Shown in pieces: positions 10,261-20,759 of a stretch of DNA of 64,000 nt. The first letter of the stretch is position 1; every line of letters starts with the position of its first letter. The notes beneath the pieces are model-generated. The model was given only the letters and a program-made list of their open reading frames with translations, did no database searches and was not told the DNA's origin. This stretch comes from Diplonema japonicum. Taxonomy: Eukaryota; Protista; Euglenozoa: Diplonemea. The DNA lies in assembly GCA_964019335.1 (NCBI GenBank), contig OZ025676.1:559746-623745 (forward strand). Direction: 5' to 3'. A program made the translations under genes and the position numbers.

Positions 10261-11094
10261 GTTGTTGTTATGAGCAGTGATCGAGGATTGAGGGCATTAA
10301 CACCACCGGGAAAGCATTGCATAACAAAAAAAATAACAAAAAAAAAATAAATAACGTGATGGGGGGTGAAGAAGAAGAAAAAAAAATGAAAAGGGGATGG
10401 AGCGTGGAGGAAGGGGGGTGGACGAAACGTAAAAAAAAAAGGGGGGAGGGGAAAGAGTGTGTGGTATAAATAAAAAAAAGTAAGGTAAATTTGGCTAGAA
10501 AAGGGAATTCGCTTTCATTTCCTTTTTGACTAACGGAGGAAAGGGACGAAAACACCGTCTATTCATGAGTTATTTACAGAAAAAGAAAGGAGAAGGAGAA
10601 TAAAATGTGTTTTTTCCCTTCTTTTTTTTTAAAGAGAAAGGGGAATGTGGACTGCACCATTTCAGATCCCATCGCAAGCAGTGATCGGAAAATTTGTGAA
10701 AATAGAACCCTCCCCTCAACCTCCCGTAAAAACCCCCTTCAAATTTTCCGAACACTTTCGCAAGGGAGCAGTGAAAAGTATGCTGTTACATTGACCTTTT
10801 TTTCTTCTTCTTTTTTTTTTTTCCCGTAATCTTCTCTTTTCCCTCCTTACCCTTTCCTTTTCGTCTTCAAAGACCCTCACCCCTCTTACCAGCAAACAAA
10901 ACAAAGAGACACGGACAACGGATTTTTTTTTCTTCACGAAAAAAATGATTTGAGCCACACTTTTCTTTTTTTTTTTTCTTCTTCTAAAAAAAAAAAAAAA
11001 CCCCGGACAACCCATACTACCCTTATTTTTCACCCCCCCTGGGTCCCCCCTTTTTTCTTTTTGCAAATATGTGTGTAAACTCTCCCTCTCATTA

Positions 11095-11316
11095 TCACGA
11101 ATCGCCTTCCGCGCTTAAAATTTCATCCAGCACAAGGTTGAACACGGCTTCAATGTTTTCAGCCTTTTTTTTTTATTTATTTTTTTTTTTTATTTTAGAA
11201 TTGATATCTCCCATACATTCTTCGCAGAACATTCCATAAAAGGAAACCCCCACGACGATGCGAGTTGCTGCCCCTCTTCGTGTGATACCTGCGTCATTTT
11301 TTTTTGTCCCTCTCCC

Positions 11317-11348
<32 letters not shown>

Positions 11349-12011
11349 TCTTTCAGACTCCGGAAGATCCGACTTGTTCCCAACAAGCACGAGAACCACA
11401 CCATCGAGGATGTTGCAGTCCTGTATTCTGTCGTAGATAGACTTGACCATCTCAAAGCTGTGGTAGTCGTTGATGGAGTAGAGGATGATGTAGCCGTGGG
11501 TACCGATGGAATACTGGGGCTGGAACATCGAGCATTCGTCCTGCCCTGCTGTGTCAAGAATGGAGAGGAGGTATTGGTTGTTCCCGTGCCGCATTTTCCG
11601 TTGGTAGGTGTGATTGATGGTAGGGTTGTAGTACGGTGAGAACCTGTCTTCTACGAACTGCACGCAGATGGCGCTCTTCCCCACCCACGATTTACCTAGT
11701 ACGCAGATCTTCCTTTGCTTGATCACCGGTTCTTTCTTGTCTGACACATGTGGCGTGGCGGCAGCGCCCTGGTCTAATTGTTTTGCGCACGTTCTGCACA
11801 CCCTTTGGCTCTCACCCCCGTACCCCATCTCTTGTCCGAGCACTCTTTTCTCATTGCTGCACTTGTTGCAAAACACCCCACCGCAGTGCCTGCAATGATG
11901 TCTTCTGTTGAAGAATGAAAACTCCGCCTTGCACTCCTCGCAAGTGGACGCTTCGCTGTCGGGAATCCACCTCGGGCGGTGCGTCCCGCTCGCCGATGCC
12001 TCTTCGGACAT
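11095..12011 (-). CDS. RHEB: FYVE-domain Rheb GTPase, 2 introns (11289-11345, 11164-11216)
   Basis: WIPD...RRHHCRHCG...RVC FYVE finger; GKSWVGKS, YNPTI, DTAGQDE, YSIGTHGY, GNKSD, SAK; ends ...EILSAEGDS with no CaaX. Confidence 0.88.
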
Positions 12012-12116
12012 CTTGTGGATGCTTGAACCCCACCCTTTTTTTGTTGCATATTGTTTTTTTTTTCTTAACTAATAAGAAAAGGGGAAAAAAAAGGGGGGGT
12101 GTAGTTAGACCAATTT

Positions 12117-12764
12117 TCACAAGCCCAGGTTAGAGTTGAGCTCCGTAATATCCTTCACACCCTTGTTGAGAGTCTTCTCAAGCACCGCCTGTGCTTCTTT
12201 CAACGTGAGGTTGAACTCCATGTACTTGGCACGGCGCTGCAGGGTCAGCTTCGCCGTGAGGCGCAGGAGGGATGCTGCTACATGGTGGGGGTCGAGGTGC
12301 CACGAAGGTGATGGGGTGGGCAACGGTTGCGGTGCAGCAGCCGGAGTCAAGATGTGCAGACTGATAAGAGCAGCACGGTAGACATTGATGGCAGCTGCAA
12401 AGACGGGGAAGCCAAGTGTGGCATCAGATTCAGCACGCAGCGCACGTACCGATCGACAGATGTCACCGAATACCTGTTTCTCACTTTCTGCCAAGTACAC
12501 AAACCACTTCAAGGTGCCCACACCACCCCCTCTGAAATCTGTCATGGGGTCCTGGCCCTGGAACCCCCACCTCTTCCAACCCATTCCAACTCTCTCGTAC
12601 TCCACCCCATCATTGTACACATCCACACCATCTTGCATTGCAGCCCACAGCCGCTTCAGCAGCACTTCGTCACCCTCCACAAGAGCCCGCCCCACATCTG
12701 CTTGTATCTCCCTTGCCCTTGCCTCCTCCTCAGCAATAGGGTTCCGCGATGCAGTGCCTCCCAT
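12117..12764 (-). CDS. ELMO-domain (ELMOD-like) protein
   Basis: WKRWGFQGQDPMTDFRGGG and FPVFAAAINV motifs; MGGTAS myristoylation-like start. Confidence 0.85.
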   Translation of the reverse strand: MGGTASRNPIAEEEARAREIQADVGRALVEGDEVLLKRLWAAMQDGVDVYNDGVEYERVGMGWKRWGFQGQDPMTDFRGGGVGTLKWFVYLAESEKQVFGDICRSVRALRAESDATLGFPVFAAAINVYRAALISLHILTPAAAPQPLPTPSPSWHLDPHHVAASLLRLTAKLTLQRRAKYMEFNLTLKEAQAVLEKTLNKGVKDITELNSNLGL

Positions 12765-12898
12765 GGAAGTCTGTTGGGGTCTGTTCCTGAAATTAAAATA
12801 CAAACACTACCAAAGAATTTTTTAAAGAATGGACCGGGGGGTGAGTGAGAGGCAGGAAACGTTCACGCTGTATGCCGCATGCAGGGTGGTGCATGCAT

Positions 12899-13921
12899 CT
12901 AGAGCTTGGAGGAGGTGCCGTCCATGGTAATGCAGCACTTACCGATCACTTTCCTGTCAGCCATGAGAGTGAAAGCATCCTTCGCCTGGTCAAGAGGAAA
13001 CTCTGATGTGACCATGGGCTTGAGCTTGCCTTTGGCGGCAAGGTCAAGAAGATGGGTGAAGAGTTCCTTGCGGAGTTCAGGCTGCAGGGCAAGCTGGTGC
13101 CCCATGCGAACGCCCACGAGATCGAAACCCTTGATCAGCGCCATGTTAACAGGCAGCTTGGGTATGCGCCCCATAGCAAAACCCACAACAAGGAGACGGG
13201 CATACCCGCCAGTGGCCACGCACCTCACACACTTGTCAAAGACGTCGCCCCCTACAGGCTCATAGATCACGTCGCACATCTTCCCCTTCGTGATCTTAGA
13301 AACTGCCTTCTTCAAGTCCTCTTTGCCGTAGTTGATTGTGTAGTCCGCGCCTGCCTGCTTGCACACTTCAAGCTTATCGTCGGAACTTGCGGCGGCGATC
13401 ACTTTTGCACCCAGCACTTTGCCCAGCTGCACCGCGGCCAGCCCCATCCCTCCGCCAGCACCAGTCACCAAAAGCCACTCACCAGCCTTGAGATGCCCCC
13501 TGTGCACCAGGGCATGGTAGCCAGTGGCATAACCCATCAAGAAACCGGCACCCTGACTGTAAGTAAGCGTATCAGGCAGGGGCATAAGCTCGCGACCCTT
13601 CCCCACCCACTCCTCCTGGCAGGTTCCCTCCGTCATAGATGAGAAGAACACTCTGTCGCCCTTCTTCCACTGCGAGCACACACTCTCTTCCACAACACCG
13701 GCTGCCTCAGTGCAGAGCACAAAAGGCATCTTTGGCTTGAACTGGTACTTATTTTGAAGCATCAGCAGCTCAGGGAAGTTCAGCGACGAAGACTTCACCG
13801 CCACCCTTACCTCACCTGCCTTCAATGGCTGCCTCTCCCTTGTCACCACTTCCATAGCTGCAATCCCAGAGTAGGGATCCGGCTTGATTTCCTTGCACAT
13901 CAACGCGCGAAACCCAGTCAT
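12899..13921 (-). CDS. NADPH:quinone oxidoreductase (zeta-crystallin/MDR family)
   Basis: SSLNFPE, LVTGAGGGMGLAAVQ, VIAAASS and RKVIGK motifs. Confidence 0.92.
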   Translation of the reverse strand: MTGFRALMCKEIKPDPYSGIAAMEVVTRERQPLKAGEVRVAVKSSSLNFPELLMLQNKYQFKPKMPFVLCTEAAGVVEESVCSQWKKGDRVFFSSMTEGTCQEEWVGKGRELMPLPDTLTYSQGAGFLMGYATGYHALVHRGHLKAGEWLLVTGAGGGMGLAAVQLGKVLGAKVIAAASSDDKLEVCKQAGADYTINYGKEDLKKAVSKITKGKMCDVIYEPVGGDVFDKCVRCVATGGYARLLVVGFAMGRIPKLPVNMALIKGFDLVGVRMGHQLALQPELRKELFTHLLDLAAKGKLKPMVTSEFPLDQAKDAFTLMADRKVIGKCCITMDGTSSKL

Positions 13922-14102
13922 TTTGTGGCTGAAGGGCTTGTAAAAATACATAAAAGCTAGTGATAATAAAACAAACACTTAACATACTCTGTACATTAGA
14001 AGACAGAGCGACGTTGGGATGGCTTTGTACTCGCTGCTGTGTTATTGGATTTCAAGTATATCTTATCTTGATTTAAAATCTGTCATAACACTTGTGGGGG
14101 CT

Positions 14103-15739
14103 TTGTACTTTGCTGTTGTATAATTTGGTTTTCAAGTATATTTTCATCTTGATTAAAAATGTGTGTTAACACTTGGGAGCTTCTCGTGTTGTTGTGGATC
14201 GGTACCTCCTGACCACTCTGCCGCGTGGGGAAGTCCTCGAAGCTGCACAATTTCAGCATTTGCGGAAGAGGCAATACGCCGAGGCGGTGGGTTCAATCAT
14301 GAGGGTGGTGACGACCATGTGGTAGGTTGGGACAATGACGAAGAGCAGGGCCCCCAGAACATGGAAGACGAGGGTGAGAAGGGATTCCTTGTGGAAGGGC
14401 CAGAGGAAGCGTGTGCGGTCGCCGAAGAGGCGCATGAGGACGAACCCCACGAGGGCTGGTCCCACAACGAGGTTCAGCCCCAAGAGGCGGGGGTCGATGT
14501 GTGGTCCGTAGATGGCTCCCTCGTAGAGGGCGTGCAGGGAGGCGATCGTGTAGGCCCAGAAGAGAATGTGGTCGGGGCTCGTTGGGTAGAAGTTCAGGAG
14601 CCCCTTGTCGATCTGGAGGTACTTTGAGGAGACAGGGACAACATCCTCCTCCTCCTCATCCTCTTTCTTCGTCTTCTTCTTGTTGTTGTTGTCCACTCCC
14701 GTGCCCCCTTCTCCCTTGTACTCCTCCGACACCCCGAGCTTCTCACGGAAGGTCCCAAATACGCAGTCCAGACAGTACTGCGGGCCTCCGTAGTTGCACT
14801 CGAACTTCGCGTGGTGCAGGTAGTGGTACTGGTCTGCCTGCCAGTGGTCCTCCCAACCCGAGTGTCCCGCTGCGGGGGCGAGGTTCAGGTGCCACCCGTT
14901 CCAGTGGAAGACAAAGGGCGACATCTTGAAGTACAGGCTCACCGCCACCGCAGAGTAGTAGTAGACGTGCTCCAAGGGGTGCATCGAGAGCCCTGCAAAG
15001 GGTTCGATGTCGATGTTCCTGTGGTGCAGGGAGTGCACGTACTTGTACAGGGCGCGGTAGTGGATCGTGCGGTGCGCGAAGTAGAAGTGGAAGTCCCTGT
15101 ACAGGGGGATCGCTAGTACCCACATCACATTCCAAAGGAAGGTTGTGAGGGCTGTTGTGCTGTTGTCGTTGTTATAACCCATCGTCGTCCACCACGAGAA
15201 CCACGCCTCCTCATCCGTGTCGTATGGGACCCTCCCCTCCGCGAGCAGGTGGTAGTACGCCATCTCCCAGGCACTCCACTGTAGAGCCCCCAGCGTCGTG
15301 TACCACACGTTCTGCACCATCGTCGCGAGGGAAGGGTAGCTGTGCGGGGCATACTTCCGCCTGCTCAGAAAGTGCGACACGAAGTGCCACCACCCGAAGT
15401 ACAGGTAGATCACCAGCGTGTTCACCCCACACCGCCTCGCGAACCACGCCCCGTCCCACCGCCCCGCCGCCTCCATGTCGTACGGCGCCAGCACGTACAG
15501 CGCAGCAGACAGCAGCAGCCACATCAGGTTCGGCGTCATCAAGATGGTCCGCACCACGTTCCAGGGCTGAAAGAACAGCTGCCCGGACATGCTCGTCTCC
15601 CCGGGGCGCTTCTTCAGGTCCACCCACCCAGCAGGGCGGAAGATGCTTCCCCCTGACAAGCCTCCGAGAGACAACAGGAACGACATGGTGGCTTTTCTTG
15701 TTCAACTGGCTGAAGAACTGACGGGGGGGTTGCAAGGCA
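14103..15739. repeat. Dispersed duplication, copy 2
   Basis: Matches 4564-6201. Confidence 0.95.
14253..15686 (-). CDS. Sterol desaturase / fatty-acid hydroxylase family protein, copy 2
   Basis: Translation identical to 4714-6147. Confidence 0.9.
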   Translation of the reverse strand: MSFLLSLGGLSGGSIFRPAGWVDLKKRPGETSMSGQLFFQPWNVVRTILMTPNLMWLLLSAALYVLAPYDMEAAGRWDGAWFARRCGVNTLVIYLYFGWWHFVSHFLSRRKYAPHSYPSLATMVQNVWYTTLGALQWSAWEMAYYHLLAEGRVPYDTDEEAWFSWWTTMGYNNDNSTTALTTFLWNVMWVLAIPLYRDFHFYFAHRTIHYRALYKYVHSLHHRNIDIEPFAGLSMHPLEHVYYYSAVAVSLYFKMSPFVFHWNGWHLNLAPAAGHSGWEDHWQADQYHYLHHAKFECNYGGPQYCLDCVFGTFREKLGVSEEYKGEGGTGVDNNNKKKTKKEDEEEEDVVPVSSKYLQIDKGLLNFYPTSPDHILFWAYTIASLHALYEGAIYGPHIDPRLLGLNLVVGPALVGFVLMRLFGDRTRFLWPFHKESLLTLVFHVLGALLFVIVPTYHMVVTTLMIEPTASAYCLFRKC

Positions 15740-16953
15740 GTTGTATGAATGAGCGTATTTTTTTGAACAGAACAGAAAGGACAGAAAGAAATAATGCGGG
15801 AAATGTGAACAGAAGAGCGGAAGGAAATGGGGAGAGGGTAGGGATGGGAGATGGGCACAAGTGGGTGTCGCTTACACGTTTAGCCATAAAATGGGCATGT
15901 GCAACAGCGCTGCCAAACGAGTCCTTAAGTACTGATATGACTTGTTATCAAAAGAAGATAAAACAAGAGAGAAAAAAGAAGGGAACAGAGGGAGTTGTTG
16001 CATTAATGGCATTTCTTCATTTTTTAAAATAAAAAAGAAGAATATTCTTCATTTTTCTCCCCTCCTCTTGTTTTTTTTTTTTTTTCTTTTTTTTTTTTGC
16101 TCTATTCCGACCTAAGAATGAGCATTGTAGAATTGCTACCTCAGCAGAATTAAAGACTCGGGGACGGAACGGGCTAGATCTTCCGTACACCAAATAAGGA
16201 CAGGGATTTTTTTTTATTATTCGTGCACAAAAAGGAGAAGGGATCATAATTCAAATAAACAAATAAAAAAAAAAAAACATTTAAAATAAAATGAGAAAAA
16301 ATCGCAGGTTTTGGTAAAGGAGACACCCACCCGAGACTTAAAAAAATGAGAAAAGAGAAAAAGAGCTGGGGGAAAAAAAAAATGGGGGAAAATAGGATAA
16401 TAGATTGGAACTGTCCGCCCGCTTCTCTTTGGAGTTATTGCTATCTCCCTTCTCTTTTAACTACGTTCAGCTTGCTTTCGAGCAAATATGTCTTTTTTTT
16501 TTTTTTTTTTTTTTTTCCCTCTTTTTTTTTCTTTTTTTGTTTCGTTCTGAAAGATAAATGGTATCAATTCCCTTCCTTCATACTAAAGGAGTGGAATAAG
16601 GGGGAGGGGGAGAGGAGAAAAAAAAAATTGCGCCAAAAGAAAAAGTATCACACCGTTAACCTCAAGGCGAATACCTTTGGTTGGGTAGTTTTAAAAAAAC
16701 AAAGTATTATCTCACTTACAGTAACTCTTTTGGATGAAAATTTTCCCTCAGAAGTGGAATACTTGGTGAATAAATTTCTTGGTTTACAGCTAAAGCAGGT
16801 GGGGGAGGGGGGGAAATCGAAGACTAAAAATTTGTTTTTCTTTTCTTTTCTTTATAATTCAATTGAGAGAAAAAAAAACAACAGGACATTTTTTTTCTCT
16901 CTTATCTTCTTGGAGTACGGACAAAAAAAAGCACAAAAATTGAGTTAAAGAGT

Positions 16954-16989
<36 letters not shown>

Positions 16990-17007
16990 AATTTCTAAGA
17001 AGAAAAT

Positions 17008-17041
<34 letters not shown>

Positions 17042-17057
17042 CCGTCGCATTCTTCTC

Positions 17058-17561
17058 CTACTCATCACAGGACATTTCCTCAGAGGAGTCATCGTTGTGA
17101 ACATCAGAACACATGCGCTCCAAAATTGCAACAACTTCAGAAGGGTACGTAGGGTACTTCTTTGCGTAGGCAGCCGCCACCTCCAAGGGAGTGCTCCACA
17201 ACTCGTTGTAAATGTGGTGCAGAGGAGTGCTGAGGGCCTCTAAGTGCTTCTCGAACTGGGGCAGTGTCTCTGGAGTGACCCTGCGGAGTACGTCGAAAAT
17301 CCAATGGCAGTAGACAAACGACTCCTCCCCATCTATATCCATAAGCACATATTCGCCATGCGGGATAACATCCAGAATCACCTCGCAAACAACACCCTTG
17401 GGGTACTCTTCGAAGCCCGTAATCCTGTTGAAAACACCACCCTGTCCCTTCTCCCTGCACTTCACAACGTAGCTCCCAGGGAGGTAACGCTTCCCCCACG
17501 CTTTCGTTGCGATCTGCTCAGGCCTCTGCACGGTGAAGTGTTCCGGGATCATGGAGCTCAT
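17058..17561 (-). CDS. Hypothetical protein
   Basis: 167-aa ORF with coding-like composition on the gene-bearing strand. Confidence 0.7.
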   Translation of the reverse strand: MSSMIPEHFTVQRPEQIATKAWGKRYLPGSYVVKCREKGQGGVFNRITGFEEYPKGVVCEVILDVIPHGEYVLMDIDGEESFVYCHWIFDVLRRVTPETLPQFEKHLEALSTPLHHIYNELWSTPLEVAAAYAKKYPTYPSEVVAILERMCSDVHNDDSSEEMSCDE

Positions 17562-17682
17562 TATACGATGTGTTGTGTTAAACTGTATACATTACCGACA
17601 GCTTGAAAGGAGAAAAGAGAAAGAGAGGTAATCATACAACTTTAAGAGGAAAATAAAAGAAATGAGGGAGCGGAGTAAGGAC

Positions 17683-20490
17683 TTACTCACGGTAACCCAC
17701 TAGCCTGAATATTTTTGCCGAGTCTGCGAAAACAGGCTCGATAGTGTTACTAAGGGTGTGCTGTCGTGTTTTGACTCTGGTGTCAGCGTTGGCACGTCTG
17801 TCCTTGTAAAGCATGGCAAGGATGCGGTCCCGCCGCTGTGCGGGTGTCTCGATTTCTGCTTCTTTGTTTTGGGAAGCCCTCTTGCTTGCAGGTGCTGTCG
17901 AGGGACGCATGTTTAACGGGTTTGGCTGTTTAAGTGGGAGCGAGGGCTGCAACATGTCGCTGTCCTGCAGAGATAACGGTGGTGGAGGCAACGAAGGTTC
18001 TGGAGGCTTTGGGACCCCTCGTGCGCTGGGTGCTGAGAAGGGGCGCACAAATACATTGGTCGCCACAGGGGGGGGGATGATCGGCGAGCATGAGGTGCGT
18101 GACTTCACCAAGGACCTCGCGTAGAACAGAACCCTGTCCCAGTTCCTGTTACTGGACTCCTTCAAACGGTGCCTCTCGCTCCTTTGTGAAGACATGAACA
18201 CGGCAAACCTGTGTTCAAGCACATCGATACCACGTTGGATCTTCTTAAGCGACTCTGCCGTGTGGTAGGAGACTCTGTCCAGCTTCACGTCTTCGATCGC
18301 CTGCGAGAGCAAGGACCCATACCGTATCCCCATCGCCAGCAGCGTCCATCCACTCACACGGTACATCTCCTCTGTCATCTCTGCTGTGTTGACAGCCGTC
18401 TTCAGCTTGTCGACGACGGCAATGTTGACAGATGACAGTTTGCTGCCGAGCGTGCTCTCCAACGTCGCGATGGTGGTTTGCAAGTCCTCGAGCTCCTGCT
18501 GCCGCCCTTTCAGCAACCTGTTCTTGCTTACAATCTCTTGCTTAAGGTCCGCGATTTCTTCTTCGTGCGCCTTCGGGTTCCTCAATGACGATATTGTTCT
18601 CCTTGCGTCGCACACCTCTGTCTTCAGGGCGTTTAGACTGTTGACTGTCTCACTGAATTGGTGTTGCATCTGTCTGTACTTCACTAGCCTCTCTTCCAGG
18701 TCAGGCGTCTTCTCCTCGTTCTCGAGACATCCTATGTCCTTCAGCATCTGCCCCAGTATTCTTTCCTTGCTTCGCAGCTCCGCCTTCAATTTTGAAACTT
18801 CGTTCTTTGCTTTGACCTCTTCCATCGCAGATTTCTTCTGCTTCTGTTGCAACTGGAGCATAGTGGACATCGTCTTCTTTGGCTTGTTCGCCCTGTGCAC
18901 CCTGCGTGTCACACCGTCTGAAGAAGAGCTCTCCGAAGACGTTTCGTCCTCGTCCCCAGAGGAGACAGACGACATGACTGTAACTATTTTTTGCAAGTCC
19001 TTAGCCTTGGGAACAACTTGCTTTCTCGAATCAGCCTTTCTAGACAACCAAGTTCGGTGTCGTCCTCGCTTTGACACCATTCCCTTCCCTTTCAGTTTTA
19101 TCTTCTTTTTCCCCTTCACAGGGTTCACCTCATTTGACTTCTGGGATACCAAGCTCAGCGTGTCATCCTTGCTTGTGTTGCTGTTTGATGCCTTGCTCTC
19201 GTCCTCTTCATCCTCATCCTCCTCGTCTTCTTCTTCTCTGTTTGTCTTTACTGATATGTTCGAGTTCTGTGTACTAGCGTTCTCCGACACAGCGACAGTA
19301 GCGTCGATTTTGCTGAAACGCGAATGCGACCGTAAGGACTTAAGGACCGAGCTGGAGGTCATCTGAGACATGCAAACGGGCAGTGTGTTGGCGCTGTCGT
19401 CGCTGTCGGGGTTGATTTGGATCTGCTCAATGCCCGGCTCTTCCTCCTCTTCTACTTCAGGTGTTTCTGGCTTTGAAGAAGAGAGCGTTATTGCCTTTGA
19501 CAGGTCGCTTTCATCGTCACGCAGGCTGAGGGTGGGGATGGGGGTCGCGCACGATTCTTTGAGAACACTGTCTACGGGGGCAAGGTTAAGATCTGGACTT
19601 TCGGATTCAAGCTCGACCCCAGGTTCAGAGACAGTGGTGTGGCTATGAGCGAAGCTGAGATCAAGGCCTTCTGTCTGCACATACACATCGATTCCGCTAC
19701 CGGGGACAGAAATAGGCACAGGCGGTGGGCAGTGCCTCATCCCCTCATCTATAGCTCCAATAGGATCTGGCTCCTCATGTGTCTGCATCTCAAGTGCTTC
19801 ATGGTGTTGCTTCTTCAGATCCTCGATGACAGCGTGCAGCTTGTCGACCTCCTCTCGTCTGCGCATGTCACTCGCGTGCTTTTCTTTTTCGTAGTTCTCA
19901 CGCAGTATCTGGATGGCCTTCTCGTATTGTGTTTTATCCTTCTCGGGGTCACTTTCTTGCACTGGTGGCGATTCTTCATCCCACTCGGCGTCTTCGTCCT
20001 TAGGGCAGTACGAGGTGTTTTGCGTCAGTACCTGCTTCAGATACGTTGCGCGCTGTTCATTGAGCTGTGCTTGCCGTCTCTTGACCTGTCCTTGGAGGGC
20101 GGTGAGTTCAGCTTCGAGAGAAGCGGTTTTATGTTTTCGATCATCGAGTTGTGTGCGCAGTGTATCGTTAGCTGCCATCAGGCTATTCATCTGGTTTTCA
20201 TCGTGCGAGAGCACAACGGGCTCGCGTGTTCCCGGGTGGTGCCCATCCTGCTCAACAGCTTTGTTGCAGATATCGATCAGCAGTTGCATCACGTCACGCT
20301 TACACACCTCTTCGAACTCCAGTTTCAGCTTCGGTGGCGCAAACTCCAACACCCGCTCCCTTTCAAGTGTTGCCCCAAGCAATCTGTTCCGTGACATTTC
20401 AAGATACTTCATAAAGTCTTTGCTTAGCCCTGCAGGCCGCCCATCTCCCTCCGCGTGTACCATCGCCTGTGTGCTTGCTGAGAGTGGCAT
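17683..20490 (-). CDS. Large coiled-coil hypothetical protein
   Basis: 935-aa ORF with heptad-rich segments and an acidic/Ser-rich linker. Confidence 0.85.
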   Translation of the reverse strand: MPLSASTQAMVHAEGDGRPAGLSKDFMKYLEMSRNRLLGATLERERVLEFAPPKLKLEFEEVCKRDVMQLLIDICNKAVEQDGHHPGTREPVVLSHDENQMNSLMAANDTLRTQLDDRKHKTASLEAELTALQGQVKRRQAQLNEQRATYLKQVLTQNTSYCPKDEDAEWDEESPPVQESDPEKDKTQYEKAIQILRENYEKEKHASDMRRREEVDKLHAVIEDLKKQHHEALEMQTHEEPDPIGAIDEGMRHCPPPVPISVPGSGIDVYVQTEGLDLSFAHSHTTVSEPGVELESESPDLNLAPVDSVLKESCATPIPTLSLRDDESDLSKAITLSSSKPETPEVEEEEEPGIEQIQINPDSDDSANTLPVCMSQMTSSSVLKSLRSHSRFSKIDATVAVSENASTQNSNISVKTNREEEDEEDEDEEDESKASNSNTSKDDTLSLVSQKSNEVNPVKGKKKIKLKGKGMVSKRGRHRTWLSRKADSRKQVVPKAKDLQKIVTVMSSVSSGDEDETSSESSSSDGVTRRVHRANKPKKTMSTMLQLQQKQKKSAMEEVKAKNEVSKLKAELRSKERILGQMLKDIGCLENEEKTPDLEERLVKYRQMQHQFSETVNSLNALKTEVCDARRTISSLRNPKAHEEEIADLKQEIVSKNRLLKGRQQELEDLQTTIATLESTLGSKLSSVNIAVVDKLKTAVNTAEMTEEMYRVSGWTLLAMGIRYGSLLSQAIEDVKLDRVSYHTAESLKKIQRGIDVLEHRFAVFMSSQRSERHRLKESSNRNWDRVLFYARSLVKSRTSCSPIIPPPVATNVFVRPFSAPSARGVPKPPEPSLPPPPLSLQDSDMLQPSLPLKQPNPLNMRPSTAPASKRASQNKEAEIETPAQRRDRILAMLYKDRRANADTRVKTRQHTLSNTIEPVFADSAKIFRLVGYRE

Positions 20491-20759
20491 GGCAAGCCAA
20501 ACGATTCAACAAATGAAACTAAACGAAGGAATACAGACGCGCCAAGCGCAGCAAACACACGAGCAGTGCGATTGCCACACAAGGCTACTAAGCTAACTAC
20601 TTGTACATTGTCGTTGGGCATCTTCGCGCTCTTATCAAAGAAGCCAAGGGCAAGTCTAACAAAAGTAAATAAAGCAAAAGGCAACCTCTCTTGTTAACAG
20701 TACTCCTTTCGGAAACTGTTGAAGAAAGAAGGGGGGGGGGGGGGGGGGGGGAATGCAAA

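Noticed and set aside
18386-20596. Long plus-strand ORFs (326, 251 and 227 aa) and similar ones elsewhere
   Set aside because: Antisense shadows of minus-strand genes.
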